From: Leucoraja ocellata
Lineage: Eukaryota
Direction: 5' to 3'
Assembly: GCA_036785375.1 (NCBI GenBank)
Contig: JAWMAR010000148.1
Span: 5,022,001 to 5,086,000 of the forward strand
Length of the DNA: 64,000 nucleotides
The notes under the pieces were generated by a model. The model was not told the DNA's origin. It did not search any database and saw only the letters and a list, made by a program, of their open reading frames with translations. Both the position numbers and the translations under genes were made by a program. Positions 1-11,959 of this stretch are shown in pieces. Each line of letters opens with the position of its first letter. The stretch's first letter is position 1.

Positions 1-479
1 TGAAAACAAGTCTGGCTGGTTATTGCTTGGGTGGAGGAAGAACATTCATATGGATTGGCTGGGCTGTAATGGCACATGTCCATACCGCAATTACTTCCCT
101 TTGATACAAATGGCCTCAGTACACATGGACGGCTGTGGCAGTTCCACTCTGGTTTTCTTTCAATTACCTTCTGCTTAAACTGTAAAGAGAGACCATGATT
201 ATGCCCTATGTGGTCAAATGGCTCCCAAGTCACTCGTACATTAAGAATAAACAGCGCAGTTAGGCACGAGCACTGCATCATGTTATCATGAGTCAGCATT
301 TTCAGTCGAAGAACAGAGAATGAAATAAAAAGATGTTTGTGTGACAAATATTTGGCAGAACTGGAAAAATTTTGTTTTTTATTTTCCACATATCCTTGGT
401 CTTCTGAATCTGAATAAGAACATGGGCAAAGAACAGATGTACTTCGAGGCTCCTGGCAGCCATGGGTGTTCCAGGCAAT

Positions 480-1640
480 TATGAATTTTCAGCTGACCCA
501 ATGTTCCACTCCATGTGATTTAAATTATATGTTCGAAGATCACGCACTGCATGGATCTCAATTAAAAACATGAAAGAAATGTACCATGATTGCAAGGTTT
601 GTAGATGGGATGCTTTCAGTTGGCAGAATGTCCTACTGTTGTACAACTTGTATAAATAATTAATTTGTACATTGCAATCAAAAACTATTGCACAGTCCAG
701 TACAAAGATCACCCATAATAATCTTTTGAAGACTACCAGAGGGAAAATAAAATAAACAAATTAAACTCCAGTTTATTACAACCTCCTGGGACCTTTGACT
801 AGTTGTTAATAATTCAATTTTAAAAGCAAATGCTGCTCAGCAAGCGGTTTAGAGATTATCATTTGTCAGTCCGTGTGAAATTCATGTACTGTACATGGTC
901 TAATGACATTTCATCATGGATTCTATTTCACTCATGGTAACTTGCAAGGATAAACACTTCATAAAATAGTATCCGTCCTTCAAATTTACTAAGCAATCAC
1001 AGCATGTTGTCACCGACAGGCCACCTTCAAAGATGAGCATGATAACACTAAAATCTTCATGCTTCATGTAGTGCACGGTGACTTCACTTTCATGTGCCTG
1101 CTACATGGAAAGACCATAGAATCAACGGCAAATTTTCCAATGATATGAACACACACTTATAAAGCTTGTGAACATCGTTCGAATTTGATGGTTCCTTCCT
1201 TAAACCTACTCATCATTTCTCTGGACAATCATTTATTACCAGTTCAGCTGCAAAGCTTTCTTCACCGCAGCTACCAAACAATTACCAACTTCATGAACTT
1301 ATCCCTTCTATGAATATTTCACAAAGACCAATGCTAGAAATCTTCTGAAAAACATGTTAGTACTTGCTGAAGCAGAATAACAGTGCATATCCTCAAGCAC
1401 TTTGTGTCCTTTTTTGCAAACCAGTATGTGCAGTTCCTTGTTCCTACATCCAAGAGTGCTTCTGGATACTTTTTCTGCTATATTTCTAAGAGTAACTGAT
1501 CGAGAACATGCAGATAATGTCTCGATCTTTTCTCAATATGGTGAAAAAAATGTTCATACACCAATCCCAAGATACTTCCATGCTTTGTGCGAAACCTCTC
1601 TCATGTACTTAATGATATTAGGGTATTTTAGGAGAAACTG
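480..1640 (-). mobile_element. Possible heavily decayed pogo/Tigger transposase relic
   Basis: Minus-strand peptide IFVLDCA...SHLQTL loosely resembles the DDE_1 motifs LLLDNA...SxLQPLD. Boundaries uncertain. Confidence 0.25.
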
Positions 1641-1717
1641 ATTACCTGACATGCAACACATATCTGAAGAGGATGGTCTGAGCATCTTCTGACTTTTCAT
1701 TTCTATTATTGGGTATG

Positions 1718-1895
1718 TTTAGAAGGAATTGCAGATGCTGGTTTATACCGAAGATAGACAGAAAATGCTGGAGTAACTCAGCGGGTCTGGCAACATCTTT
1801 GCAAAAAAGGAATAGGTGACACTTCGAGTCACCTATTCCTTTTCCCCAGAGATGTTGCCTGACCCGCTGAGTTACTTCAGCACTATGTGTCTATC
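1718..1895. mobile_element. Penelope-derived fold-back element
   Basis: gaaggaattgcagatgctgg terminus with inverted arms; degenerate 14-bp flanking repeat (1704-1717 vs 1896-1909, 11/14). Confidence 0.75.
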
Positions 1896-2221
1896 CATTA
1901 ACGGGTATGATAGACTCAGCAATGATAATGCAATAGTAGGTAACTAGATTTTCATGTTAGAGATGACCAATGTTGGGCAAATTTGCAAAATAAATGTTAT
2001 TTTCTACTTGTAAGCCCATGCTTGAATTTTATTTTGTCTTGTATGCTCGAGAATCAAGTGTTTCATTTGCTGAGGATTTGCAAATGAAATTAAACTTTAT
2101 GCAATCATAAGCAAACAACTTCAATTCAAACCTAATAAGGGAAGGAAGCATTATAACCAGAGGATTGTAATCACTTCATGCAAGTACTGATGTATCTCAA
2201 AATTTTAAATAAAATGATTAC

Positions 2222-2320
2222 CATTCCCTTTTCTGCCAAGAATGAAATGGATTGGTCCATACCACCACCTTCAGTCCCAATGTAGCGCTCACATCTTGCA
2301 CAGATTTCTGCAAGTTCTAT
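2222..2320 (-). CDS. GALK2: N-acetylgalactosamine kinase GALK2, coding exon 6
   Basis: Translates [33 protein letters not shown] (GHMP-kinase GMDQ catalytic motif). 99 bp, flanked by AG and GT, phase 0/0. Confidence 0.96.
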
Positions 2321-2417
2321 CTATAAATAAATTGGAAAGAATAATTACACATATTTAGTCTACACATCAGTCAATAGTGGAAAAAGAATACATTGATTCA
2401 GGAATAAACTGTTGACT

Positions 2418-2706
2418 TAGTTTAGTTTAAAGATACAGCAGGGAAACAGGCTCTTTGGCCCACCAAGTACGCGCTGATCAACGATCTCCCATGCACTAGC
2501 TCTATCCTACACAATAGGGCCAATTTTGCAGAAGCCAATTAAACTACAAACCAGTTAAGTGAGAGGAAACCGGTGCACCTGGAGAAAATGCACGCGATCA
2601 CAGGGAGAACATAAAACTCCGTCAGACAGTACCCATAGTCAGGATCGAATCCAGTGCTCTAGCCCTTCAAGGCAGCAACTCTACCATTGCACCACTGTGC
2701 TGCCCC
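2418..2706 (-). mobile_element. tRNA-derived V-SINE (HE1-like)
   Basis: (gttta)n tail at left, V-domain, B-box complement ggatcgaa, tRNA-like head at right. Confidence 0.85.
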
Positions 2707-2834
2707 AAATTGATTACAAGATTGGTAATGCTTGTAAATCAGATCCAGCTCAATGGTTAATTTCCAGTAAACCTTTGCATTTTCAATCACAATTTGTGTC
2801 GCTTATTGATTAAAACTATAAAGGAATAATCAGT

Positions 2835-3047
2835 AGGTACACAAAAAAGCTGGAGAAACTCAGCGGGTGCAGCAGCATCTATGGAGCGAAGGAAATAGGC
2901 AACGTTTCGGGCCGAAACCCTTCTTCAACGTTTCGGCCTGAAACGTTGCCTATTTCCTTCGCTCCATAGATGCTGCTGCACCCGCTGAGTTTCTCCAGCT
3001 TTTTTGTGTACCTTCGATTCTCCAGCACCTGCAGTTCCTTCTTAAAC
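2835..3047 (+). mobile_element. Penelope-derived fold-back element with a perfect 14-bp TSD
   Basis: Long inverted arms; aaggaataatcagt at 2821-2834 and 3048-3061. Confidence 0.88.
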
Positions 3048-3220
3048 AAGGAATAATCAGTGATGTGATTGGGGATTGACCAAAGTTGAAAACCACAATA
3101 TGCAAAGAAGTGGAATGGCTGCAATAAAACAAACTGAAGGCAAAACTAAATTGTAAACTTTAAGAAGTTGCTGGAAATGTACAATTTGAATTTGCTTCTA
3201 CCATAATTTTCCCTGGTAAT

Positions 3221-3528
3221 TTTAGAGTTTGGAGATACAGCGAAGAGACAGGCTCTTTGAACCACCGAGTTGACGTCGACCATCGAACACCTGTCCATTA
3301 GTTCCATATTATTCCACATTTGCATGCTACACGCTAGGAGCAATCTACCGAAGCCAATTAACCTACAAACCTGCATGTCTTTCGAATGAGGGAGGAAACT
3401 GGAGCGCTCGGAGAAAACTGACACGGTCACAGGAAGAACGTCCAAGCTCCACAAAGACAGCATCTGTAGTCAGGACCAAACCCGGGTCTCTGGAGCTGCA
3501 AGGCAGCAGCCCTACCGCTGTACCACCC
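3221..3528 (-). mobile_element. V-SINE (HE1-like)
   Basis: Same head, V-domain and tail layout as the other copies. Confidence 0.85.
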
Positions 3529-4148
3529 TAATTAAGCGGGGAAATTCTGCTCACAGACCTTGCACCACACTAGAAGTCTTTCTGAATAATGAGACCATAC
3601 ATCAGAATACAGATTTCACATTTGCATGGAAAGTAGCCGAAAGCAGTTACTAAGAAAATAAAATTACAAGCAATTAGATGTAATGTTATTTCAAATGTGA
3701 TTTTATGAGCTTTTATTAAGAAAATGCACCAAATAATGTTTTAATGATTTGATTTTGTTTTTGAACATTTCTAAATGTCAGGGGCAGTCAGAAACATTGT
3801 GGCATAAGCCCTCAACACCATAGATGGTTTATTCAGTAGGGTCAGATGATAATATTTCCAGCAAATTATCCTTGCATGTACATTTGTGTAAGTGCAGGGC
3901 AATTGGGTATCAATTCACAATTTTGATTTCTTATTCTAATCTGCAACTCGCCAAAGAGTAGAATCAACTACCCTTTTTAGTATTTTGCTTTGCCTATTCT
4001 TAACAGCTTGTCCATTCCTGATAGTTTTCATGCATTAACCATATTGCTGTTGGTAGGAGCCACATATAGGCCAGACAATAAGTTTGGTCATATTTTCTTT
4101 CATAAAAGGCCATTAGTAAACCACATAGATCACTATGACAATTTAAGT

Positions 4149-4292
4149 TGCAGACTGCATCAGTCTGAAGAAAGGGCTCGACTCAAAATGTCACCTATTC
4201 CTTCGCTCCATAAATTCTGCCTCACCCACTGAGTTTCTCCAGCTTTTTTGCCAACCTTCGATTTTCCCAGCATCTGCAGCTCTTTCTTAAAC
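4149..4292 (+). mobile_element. Penelope-derived single-arm element with a 14-bp TSD
   Basis: gtctgaagaa...ccagcatctgcagctctttcttaaac; flanks atgacaatttaagt and atgataatttaagt. Confidence 0.82.
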
Positions 4293-4547
4293 ATGATAAT
4301 TTAAGTAGTCACTTTTGCTGACATTAACTTTGTTTCGGATTCCCATCATCTGCAGCATTTTAGTTTTATACAGCTAATATTGCCATCTTTATATTTCAGA
4401 TTTTCTTTAATTGAACTGAAACGCCTGTGCTCTGGATTAAAATTTGTAATACCTGTCTAGAAGAATGACAACTAAGCAAATGTAGATTGCAATTAATTAA
4501 ACTTGTATGTATACAAGTAAAATATATGTTACATTTACATTTCAATC

Positions 4548-4672
4548 CGTCTGGAGAAGAGCCCTAACCCAAAACATCTCCTATCCATGTTCTCCAGGGA
4601 TGCTGCCTTACCCGCAAAATTACTCCAGCAATTTATCTTCCTATTTTTTGGAAACCAACATCTGCATTTCCT
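4548..4672 (+). mobile_element. Penelope-derived arm, degraded
   Basis: gtctggagaagagccc...gctgcct...tactccagca...catctgca. Confidence 0.65.
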
Positions 4673-5374
4673 TTTTTCCACTGTTTATATATTTCAATTA
4701 ATATTTTAAATATTGGCTTAACCAGTTCAAAAAGAGATATTAAAAAAAGTGTATTACGCAATCTTTAAAAATACAGATAAATGACCAGCAACGAGGCTGG
4801 AAAGTTTTAAGAAAACTTCCTATTATGTGTAAAGAGGTCTGGCTGGCCAATATTAACTTGAATGAAATGAAATACTGAGACTGCTCCAGTTCAATATTAA
4901 AAAATACATCTCTCTGGGGCTTTCAATCTGCCAAGACGTTCTCCCCAATGACAATGACCACTGAATACAGAGATGAACTGTTCCCTCGTGCAGTAGATAA
5001 TAATCAAAACAACAAGGCCACCCACTGTTTTGCTGGATTCGTTCACACTGTAATTGCGTTATCCTACAATTTTCCTCATGACTGTGGGTACGCACACACA
5101 GAGCAAAATCTAAATGTAACCAATGAAGCATGTGGACGATTTAAAGAGGGCAATTGAAGAGATATCCATTTGGAAGCTAGTGGTAAATATTTCATATTTA
5201 TTATTTTTATACAATTCTTTCCAGTGTGGTAATTGAAATAAAAACTAAAAGTGATATAATTTTGTATTAGTCAGCACCAGCACGGAAATCAGGAGTATTT
5301 TATTATCACATGCACCAAACTGGAACAATATAACTCTTACTTGCTACAGCACAACAGATTACTAAACACAGTAC

Positions 5375-5570
5375 TCAATAGGTCATTGAGGTCTGGAATG
5401 AGACCTCAATTGAGAACTGGAAACACGTGACGCCTGTATGGTCGTGAGTAGTCGCCCTAAGAGTCGTACCTTTATCTGGTCGAAACATGTTGAAATTTTT
5501 CGGCGATCTGCTGCGACTATGACGGGTGCCGGCAGTCGCCGAATAAAATCGTGTAAGTGGGACAGGCACT
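5375..5570. mobile_element. Partial PIF/Harbinger-type MITE
   Basis: Right end aagtgggacaggcact followed by TAA, resembling the TIR of the 8211-8415 element; CpG-rich. Confidence 0.6.
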
Positions 5571-6929
5571 TAAGGCAAGAAGGCCAAACCAAACATTTCA
5601 TTAACTTTGCTTCCAAATACTAGGAAATTATACCATTCATTTCAGCAGAAAGCAATTAACAGAGATCCCATGGAAGCGCTACAATGTCAACTTTCCATCT
5701 ATTCCTGTCCTCTTCCATCTACATGTAAGTAATCCTCTCAAAAGTATAAAATGTTGATAGGAAAAAAATCAATTGACATCTGTTAGTATTAATAAACATT
5801 CTATTATACCCATGAGATTAATAGTGTTTATAATATTCAAATTAAAATTGCTGTTGCAAACAATATATTATTTATTTTAAAAATTCAAGTCTAACACAAT
5901 TTAGTACGAGCTCTATTATTGGTCTTGCATGGAGCAAAATAGCGTGCCGTATAAATATAAATCAGGAAAAGTACTTCTGGGTAAGCCTAAAACCAGTTAG
6001 CTCCTATTATACACGAGACTAATTAAAGTCACCATCTGCTTCAACTTTGCATGCTAAGTTCCAATTTCCTGTTATTTCACATATGTTGTACAGTAATGGC
6101 ACTTATTTTCATCAGGAGCTGGGACGTTTGTCAGACGTTATCTGGTTGTCATCATAGCCACCAGAATTAAGCAACGATGTTATCTATTCTAATAGGTTTT
6201 GCTCTCATGTCTCTACTATGCATGGCTCAGAGCGTTTAATGCAGATTTGCCACAAATCTGGTTTCAACATGCTTCATTTCTCACTTGCGTTATGAAATAA
6301 ACAAACCTGACACAAAGACCGCTTCTCTTGTGCAACAGAATTCCACGTATACAAGTTTGTCCAGAATGCATAAAAAAATGAATAGTTTGAAAATAAGGTA
6401 ATGTTTGGTCCATTCTCAAATCCATCTTCGTTTAAAACATATACGCAGTACTGCTGAAAGCATTTGTCCAATTTTATACATTAGAATTTTTTTTTTTTTT
6501 TTTTAAACTGGCTTTCCAATGTTTTTCAGCCAAGGGGCCTCTTACATAAAAGTGTTTCATAACCCTGGCACAACTAAGTATTTCTCCCACTTCTCCTCCA
6601 GAAGCGTTCTCCTTTCTCCTCCTTCATTGCTGCTTTTTCACTCTGTTTTTATGTTCCCACCTGTGGAAACTACTCTCATCCCTCAATCATTTCCGCTACG
6701 TAACGTGCATCATTTTTATCGGGCGGCATAGATTGTTTTCCCATATTATATTCCCAATGTACCATTGTCTTGCACTTGCGACTTCTATTTCAGCTGCAGC
6801 TGAAGAACTAAGTCTGCTAGTTTCACTGAGACTTTAACACTGCATAACACCTAAATTCATACATCACAGAAGCCCCAACTAAGCTAGAACTATTTGCCCG
6901 CATCCGGCCCATATCCTTCTAAATATCCC

Positions 6930-7100
6930 CCTATTTCCTCTCTGACCCTTCCAGTTTTCTTTCCCCCAACCCCTGCAATGTCTGAAGAAGGATCCCAAGC
7001 CGAAACATCACCTATCCATGTTCTTCAGGGATTCTGCCTGACCCGATGAGTTACTTCAGCATTTGTGTCTTACCTTGGTAAACCAGCATCTACAGTTCAT
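6930..7100 (+). mobile_element. Penelope 3' repeat arm
   Basis: tctgaagaaggatcccaagccgaaacatcacc...ccagcatctacagttc. Confidence 0.7.
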
Positions 7101-7679
7101 TATCTTAACATTCCCACTAAATCTTTCCTATCCACGTACCTGTCCAAGTGCCTTTAAATGTTGTTATTGTACCCGTCTCAACTACCTCTTCAGGCACTTG
7201 TATGTTTTTCATGCAAGATCTTAATATCATAACAGTTAATAAAACTTTTTTAAAGCAAAGTAAAGTAAATGCTGGAATCCTGAATTAAAGGCAGAAACAT
7301 CAGCCGCTTCCTTTCTCCACAACTACTAACTGGTCCTCTGCGGATTTCCAATCCATTACAACAAATCTGCAGAATGTTACCTGGTAATGTTTGTAAAATG
7401 GGGACATTGCTCATCATCTCTTTTATCTTTCCCATTTGTCTATCTGAAAATCTGTGGTTCAAAGAATGATCATTCACTTGTCTCACCCCGAAGAGAAAGG
7501 ACAAATCTTGAGCCATTTCATCAAATGAGCACAAGAATCTGCTGCAACCCAATTGTAAGACAGCAATATCTGTTTGGGGTGTTTTAATTTTCTTCCAGTT
7601 TCTTCATTGCAATTTAGAGTGCATATAAATATGTTAAACTGTTTAAAGAAAATTCATTCAGGACAGAACTATCGCATAT

Positions 7680-7915
7680 TTGACAACAGCTTTAAATTGA
7701 GAGGGGCAAAATTTAAAGGAGGCGTCTACGGCGGGTATTCTTACACAGAGGGTGTGAGTGCCTGGAAGGCAGTACTGGTGTGTGGTGGTGGAGGAAGGTA
7801 CACTAGTGGCATGGAAGAGGCTTTTGGGTAGGCACGTGAATATACAGAGAATGGAGGGGTATGCATTATGTGCAGGCAGGTAAAAGTTGGTCTTGGAATC
7901 ATGTTCGGTATAGAC
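7680..7915 (+). mobile_element. Old CR1 LINE 3' fragment
   Basis: Degenerate ORF2 C-terminus (SFKLRGAKFKG...TEGVSAWK). Confidence 0.7.
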
Positions 7916-7935
7916 CTTTTTAGTTTTTTAATTTT

Positions 7936-8446
7936 ATGGTTTTAGAGATACCGTGCGGAAACAGCCCCTTCGATCCACTGAAAAATCTGCGCCGCCCAAC
8001 GATCCCCGCACATTAACTCTAACCTACACACATTAGAGACAATTTACATTTATACAAAGCCAACTAACTTACAAAGCTAAACGTCTTCGGAGTGTGGGAG
8101 GAAACTGAAGGTCTTGGAGAAAACCCACGCAGGGAGAACATACAAACTCCGTACAGAGAGCACCCATCGTAAGGATCGAACCTGGGTCTCTGGCGCTGCA
8201 AGCGCTGTAAAGGGCCTGTCCCACTTTCACGACCTAATTCACGACATTTTTTACTCGTGGACATCCTTCGTCATGTTGAAAAAAACGCCCCGACCTACTT
8301 GATGCCACGAGTACCTACGACCTCCTACGACCTCGTGAAGACCATGCTGCGAGTACGAGTCAAGGGCAAACTCGGCAGAGGTTGTGAATTAGATCGTGAA
8401 AGTGGGATAGGCCCTTAAGGCAGCAACTCTACCGCTGTACGCCCCA
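7936..8446 (-). mobile_element. V-SINE interrupted by a MITE
   Basis: SINE head gctg|taa|ggcagc is split by the insertion at 8211-8415. Confidence 0.85.
8211..8415. mobile_element. PIF/Harbinger-type MITE
   Basis: 35-bp TIRs (agggcctgtcccactttcacgacctaattcacgac, 3 mismatches) and a TAA TSD at 8208-8210 and 8416-8418. Confidence 0.88.
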
Positions 8447-9575
8447 CATAGGCTCATGGGCCATCAGGCCTATTTCTGCACTGTACTCTTCGAAGATCAT
8501 CGTTGATTATCTGCAGCAGTGGCCCGTCAACCTCGTATACATGGTCATCCCTTTCACAGTTTAAAATTAATATAACCTTCACGAAGGCTGTATAGGTGGT
8601 AATACCTACTCTTGTTTTAGTCCATGCCGAGGCTTAAAATAAATGACTCCAATGTCTGGATCTAAGATGCAGGAAAAAGGAGCAAGTCTCCAGGGTTCAT
8701 TATGGAAAGACGAGAGAGGGATTATGAGATATCACTAAGTAAAAAAATGTAGAGCAAGTAGATTTGGCAACAGAAGACAGGAAATTACATCTGGAGTCAA
8801 TCTTGGAAGATAAAGGTGGTGGTCAATATTTCTATGCGAATTAATAATTGTTTTTCATATTTCTATTATGTTAAGGATAAGAGCTGGCACAACAACGCAA
8901 TGTCACAAAAGATTCTTGCAAAACAGATTTTGTTTTTGCTATTAAGCCAACTCAAAAATGACATTACCTGGATGACCAGGGGGAATTGATTTATTTTGGG
9001 GTCTGGAATCTGTTTTCTTTGAATGTGATTCTGTTATTGGACACGAGAAGTGTTTGCTATAAATATACACTACCACAGCCATAAAAATGTACAAAACCAC
9101 TAGGGCCCAAGCATTCAATAACACTTAAAATCACTAGATACGATTAAATCTAATTAAATCCTACTGGTTAGGATGAAATCTAATTAGCTCAATTATCTGA
9201 AAAATTATCGTTACCCAAAAGTCCCTTTTCCTCTAATTTCCAATCAGAAATATTCAAACATTGAAACTCCTTGAAATTGTTTTAACAGACTCTAACTGGG
9301 GAATGGTGTAGATGACGATGGGGTGGAGGAAACATGTGGCGGCTTTGCTGGATATCAAAGCTTTTCTGTGAACAGGGCTGCCACTTACCGCCAGAGCCCT
9401 AACCACAAAGGGCTCCGACTCCACTCAATCATCACCAAATCCAGTTACTGCTTTCTGTGAGGTGCCCTTAATATGCCATGCCCAGTGTATCAAAAGCCCA
9501 GTGTACAATGCTGCTCATCGGTCAACTCTCTCATAAACCGCGGATGGGGTGACGTTCATATTAGTTACACAGTAC

Positions 9576-9719
9576 CTTTGATAGGACCTTTCCATTCGCT
9601 ATCACGGTGATGAGACCTGCGCAGCAAACCAGTGCGCTAGAGCTAGAAAGTCCTGAGCTCGCTGGGATCGTGCCATCAACCATACAGTTTATTCCACTGG
9701 AAATAGGGTTAAAATGCTC
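9576..9719 (-). CDS. GALK2: GALK2 coding exon 5
   Basis: [48 protein letters not shown], containing the PxxxGLSSS ATP-binding loop. 144 bp, AG/GT flanks. Confidence 0.96.
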
Positions 9720-10504
9720 CTGATGAAACAAAAATCGTGCATTTTTGTATCTGTGCAAATAAAACATAACTCCTATTTCATGTCTGAAAGTTTTAGCATG
9801 CATTTATTCTAAAGTATTTAATCACAATGTAGTGCAATAATGAGACATTTAATATTAAAGACCTGGGGTCAGAATTTATTGACAGCCACACTCGTACAAC
9901 GATCGACTAAGCCTGAATGTACCATCCATAAAGTCCACCAGTGAGAAATTATTTGCAGAAGCTATCCTTTCCTTATAAATTAGGCACTGTAAAGCTTTTG
10001 CGCCACATTTCTAACACGTGACAGGAGCATTTAGTCTCTGACCTTTCTCAAGCTGCAGAAACTTTTTATCATGTGTGGGATCAATGGCAAGCAAAGTGCT
10101 GTGAGCCTCAGCCTTTTTATTCGACATTATGTCCAAACCATTACTTCTGAGAAATACCCGCCCTCCCAATAATTCAGTTCATTATAACTTATCAAATGCT
10201 GCTCTCCCTGTACATTTCCAATCAAGTTTAATATTTAGATTGGCTCAGTGGTGCAACGATAGATCAGAAAAGGTCAAATTCCCTATCCGAGTCTTCTTAA
10301 TTCACATCAGTCAGTGAAATGCTAGAGGAGTGGCAATTGTGCAGACTTTATGCATTAGAATTGGGGAAAACCGACTTCAGATTGCAAGAGATGCATATCT
10401 TTGGGAACATTGGGCAAGGTCTACATTGGGATGAGCTGGATGCTAACAAAGTATGAACCACAGAGATATGTATATGTAGAAACTGTATATGTGCAAATTT
10501 GGAG

Positions 10505-10665
10505 CAAAACACAAAGTGCTTTGTAACCTCAGCTGGTCAAGCAACATCCGTGGAGAAAATTGATAAGCAACATTTTGGGTCAGGTTCTGAAGAAGGGTCG
10601 GATCAAGGGTCTTGATCTGAAATGGCGTAAATCCGTTTCCCCCACAGATGCTGCCTGATCCACAA
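10505..10665. mobile_element. Degraded Penelope-derived fold-back element
   Basis: cacaaagtgct...ctgaagaagggtc...gatgctgcctga. Confidence 0.65.
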
Positions 10666-11145
10666 AGTATGAACATCTGAAAGAAAATCTGGAAAATAAA
10701 ATTTAACACTAGGTGACAGAAGTAGCGAGTATGTAAGTGCAAGGAATACACTTTCCTAAAATATAAGCCCTAATTTCTCTCCACTGCAACAGAGAAAGCA
10801 AAAGGAGAGTCTCCACAGTTTGTTCAAAAGTGTCACAATAGATATCACGAGATTTAAAAAAAAATTAAATCATTGCTTTACGCTTGCCGAATAATTTTTT
10901 TAATGGTATTTAAACTGCATCTAGTAAGTACTGTTTTACAATTGCCAAGACCGCATGTGTTCAAAAATTGTGAAAGATGGCAGCAATACGAGGTCAGCCT
11001 ACATGAAATATAAAATGCAGAATAATTATATGAAATTATTAAGGGAATATGAAGCAAAGACTGACATGGGCCTAGATGGAAATGAGATACTGTTCCTCAT
11101 CTAGTCTCAATAATTTTAGATTTTCATAATTCATGTTACCATTTT

Positions 11146-11959
11146 AAATGTGAGGTTATCCATTTTGGTGGCAAAAACAGGAAAGCAGACTATTATCTAA
11201 ATGGTGGCCGATTGGGAAAGGGGGAGATGCAGCGAGACCTGGGTGTCATGGTACACCAGTCATTGAAGGTAGGCATGCAGGTGCAGCAGGCAGTAAAGAA
11301 AGCGAATGGTATGTTAGCTTTCATTGCAAAAGGATTTGAGTATAGGAGCAGAGAGGTTCTACTGCAGTTGTACAGGGTCTTGGTGAGACCACACCTGGAG
11401 TATTGCGTACAGTTTTGGTCTCCAAATCTGAGGAAGGACATTATTGCCATAGAGGGAGTGCAGAGACGGTTCACCAGACTGATTCCTGGGATGTCAGAAC
11501 TGTCTTATGAAGAAAGACTGGATAGACTTGGTTTATACTCTCTAGAATTTAGAAGATTGAGAGGGGATCTTATAGAAACTTACAAAATTCTTAAGGGGTT
11601 GGACAGGCTAGATGCAGGAAGATTGTTCCCGATGTTAGGGAAGTCCAGGACAAGGGGTCACAGCTTAAGGATAAAGGGGAAATCCTTTAAAACCGAGATG
11701 AGGAGAACTTTTTTCACACAGAGAGTGGTGAATCTCTGGAACTCTCTGCCACAGAGGGTAGTTGAGGCCAGTTCATTGGCTATATTTAAGAGGGAGTTAG
11801 ATGTGGCCCTTGTGGCTAAGGGGATCAGGGGGTATGGAGAGAAGGCAGGTACGGGATACTGAGTTGGATGATCAGCCATGATCATATTGAATGGCGGTGC
11901 AGGCTCGAAGGGCCGCATGGCCTACTCCTGCACCTAATTTCTATGTTTCTATGTTTCTA
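11146..11959 (+). mobile_element. Young 5'-truncated CR1 LINE (ORF2 C-terminus, 3'UTR and (ttctatgt)n tail)
   Basis: Open frame RDLGV...LVRPHLEYCVQFWSP...RRLRGDLIETYKI...FFTQRVVNLWNSLP to TGA at 11862; octamer tail. Confidence 0.95.

Noticed and set aside
1-2221. GALK2 exon 7 (AKLIEF...)
   Set aside because: No matching peptide found by eye; it probably lies left of the window.
11212-11862. 216-aa ORF as a host gene
   Set aside because: It is the C-terminus of CR1 ORF2 in a 5'-truncated insertion with the family's 3' tail.
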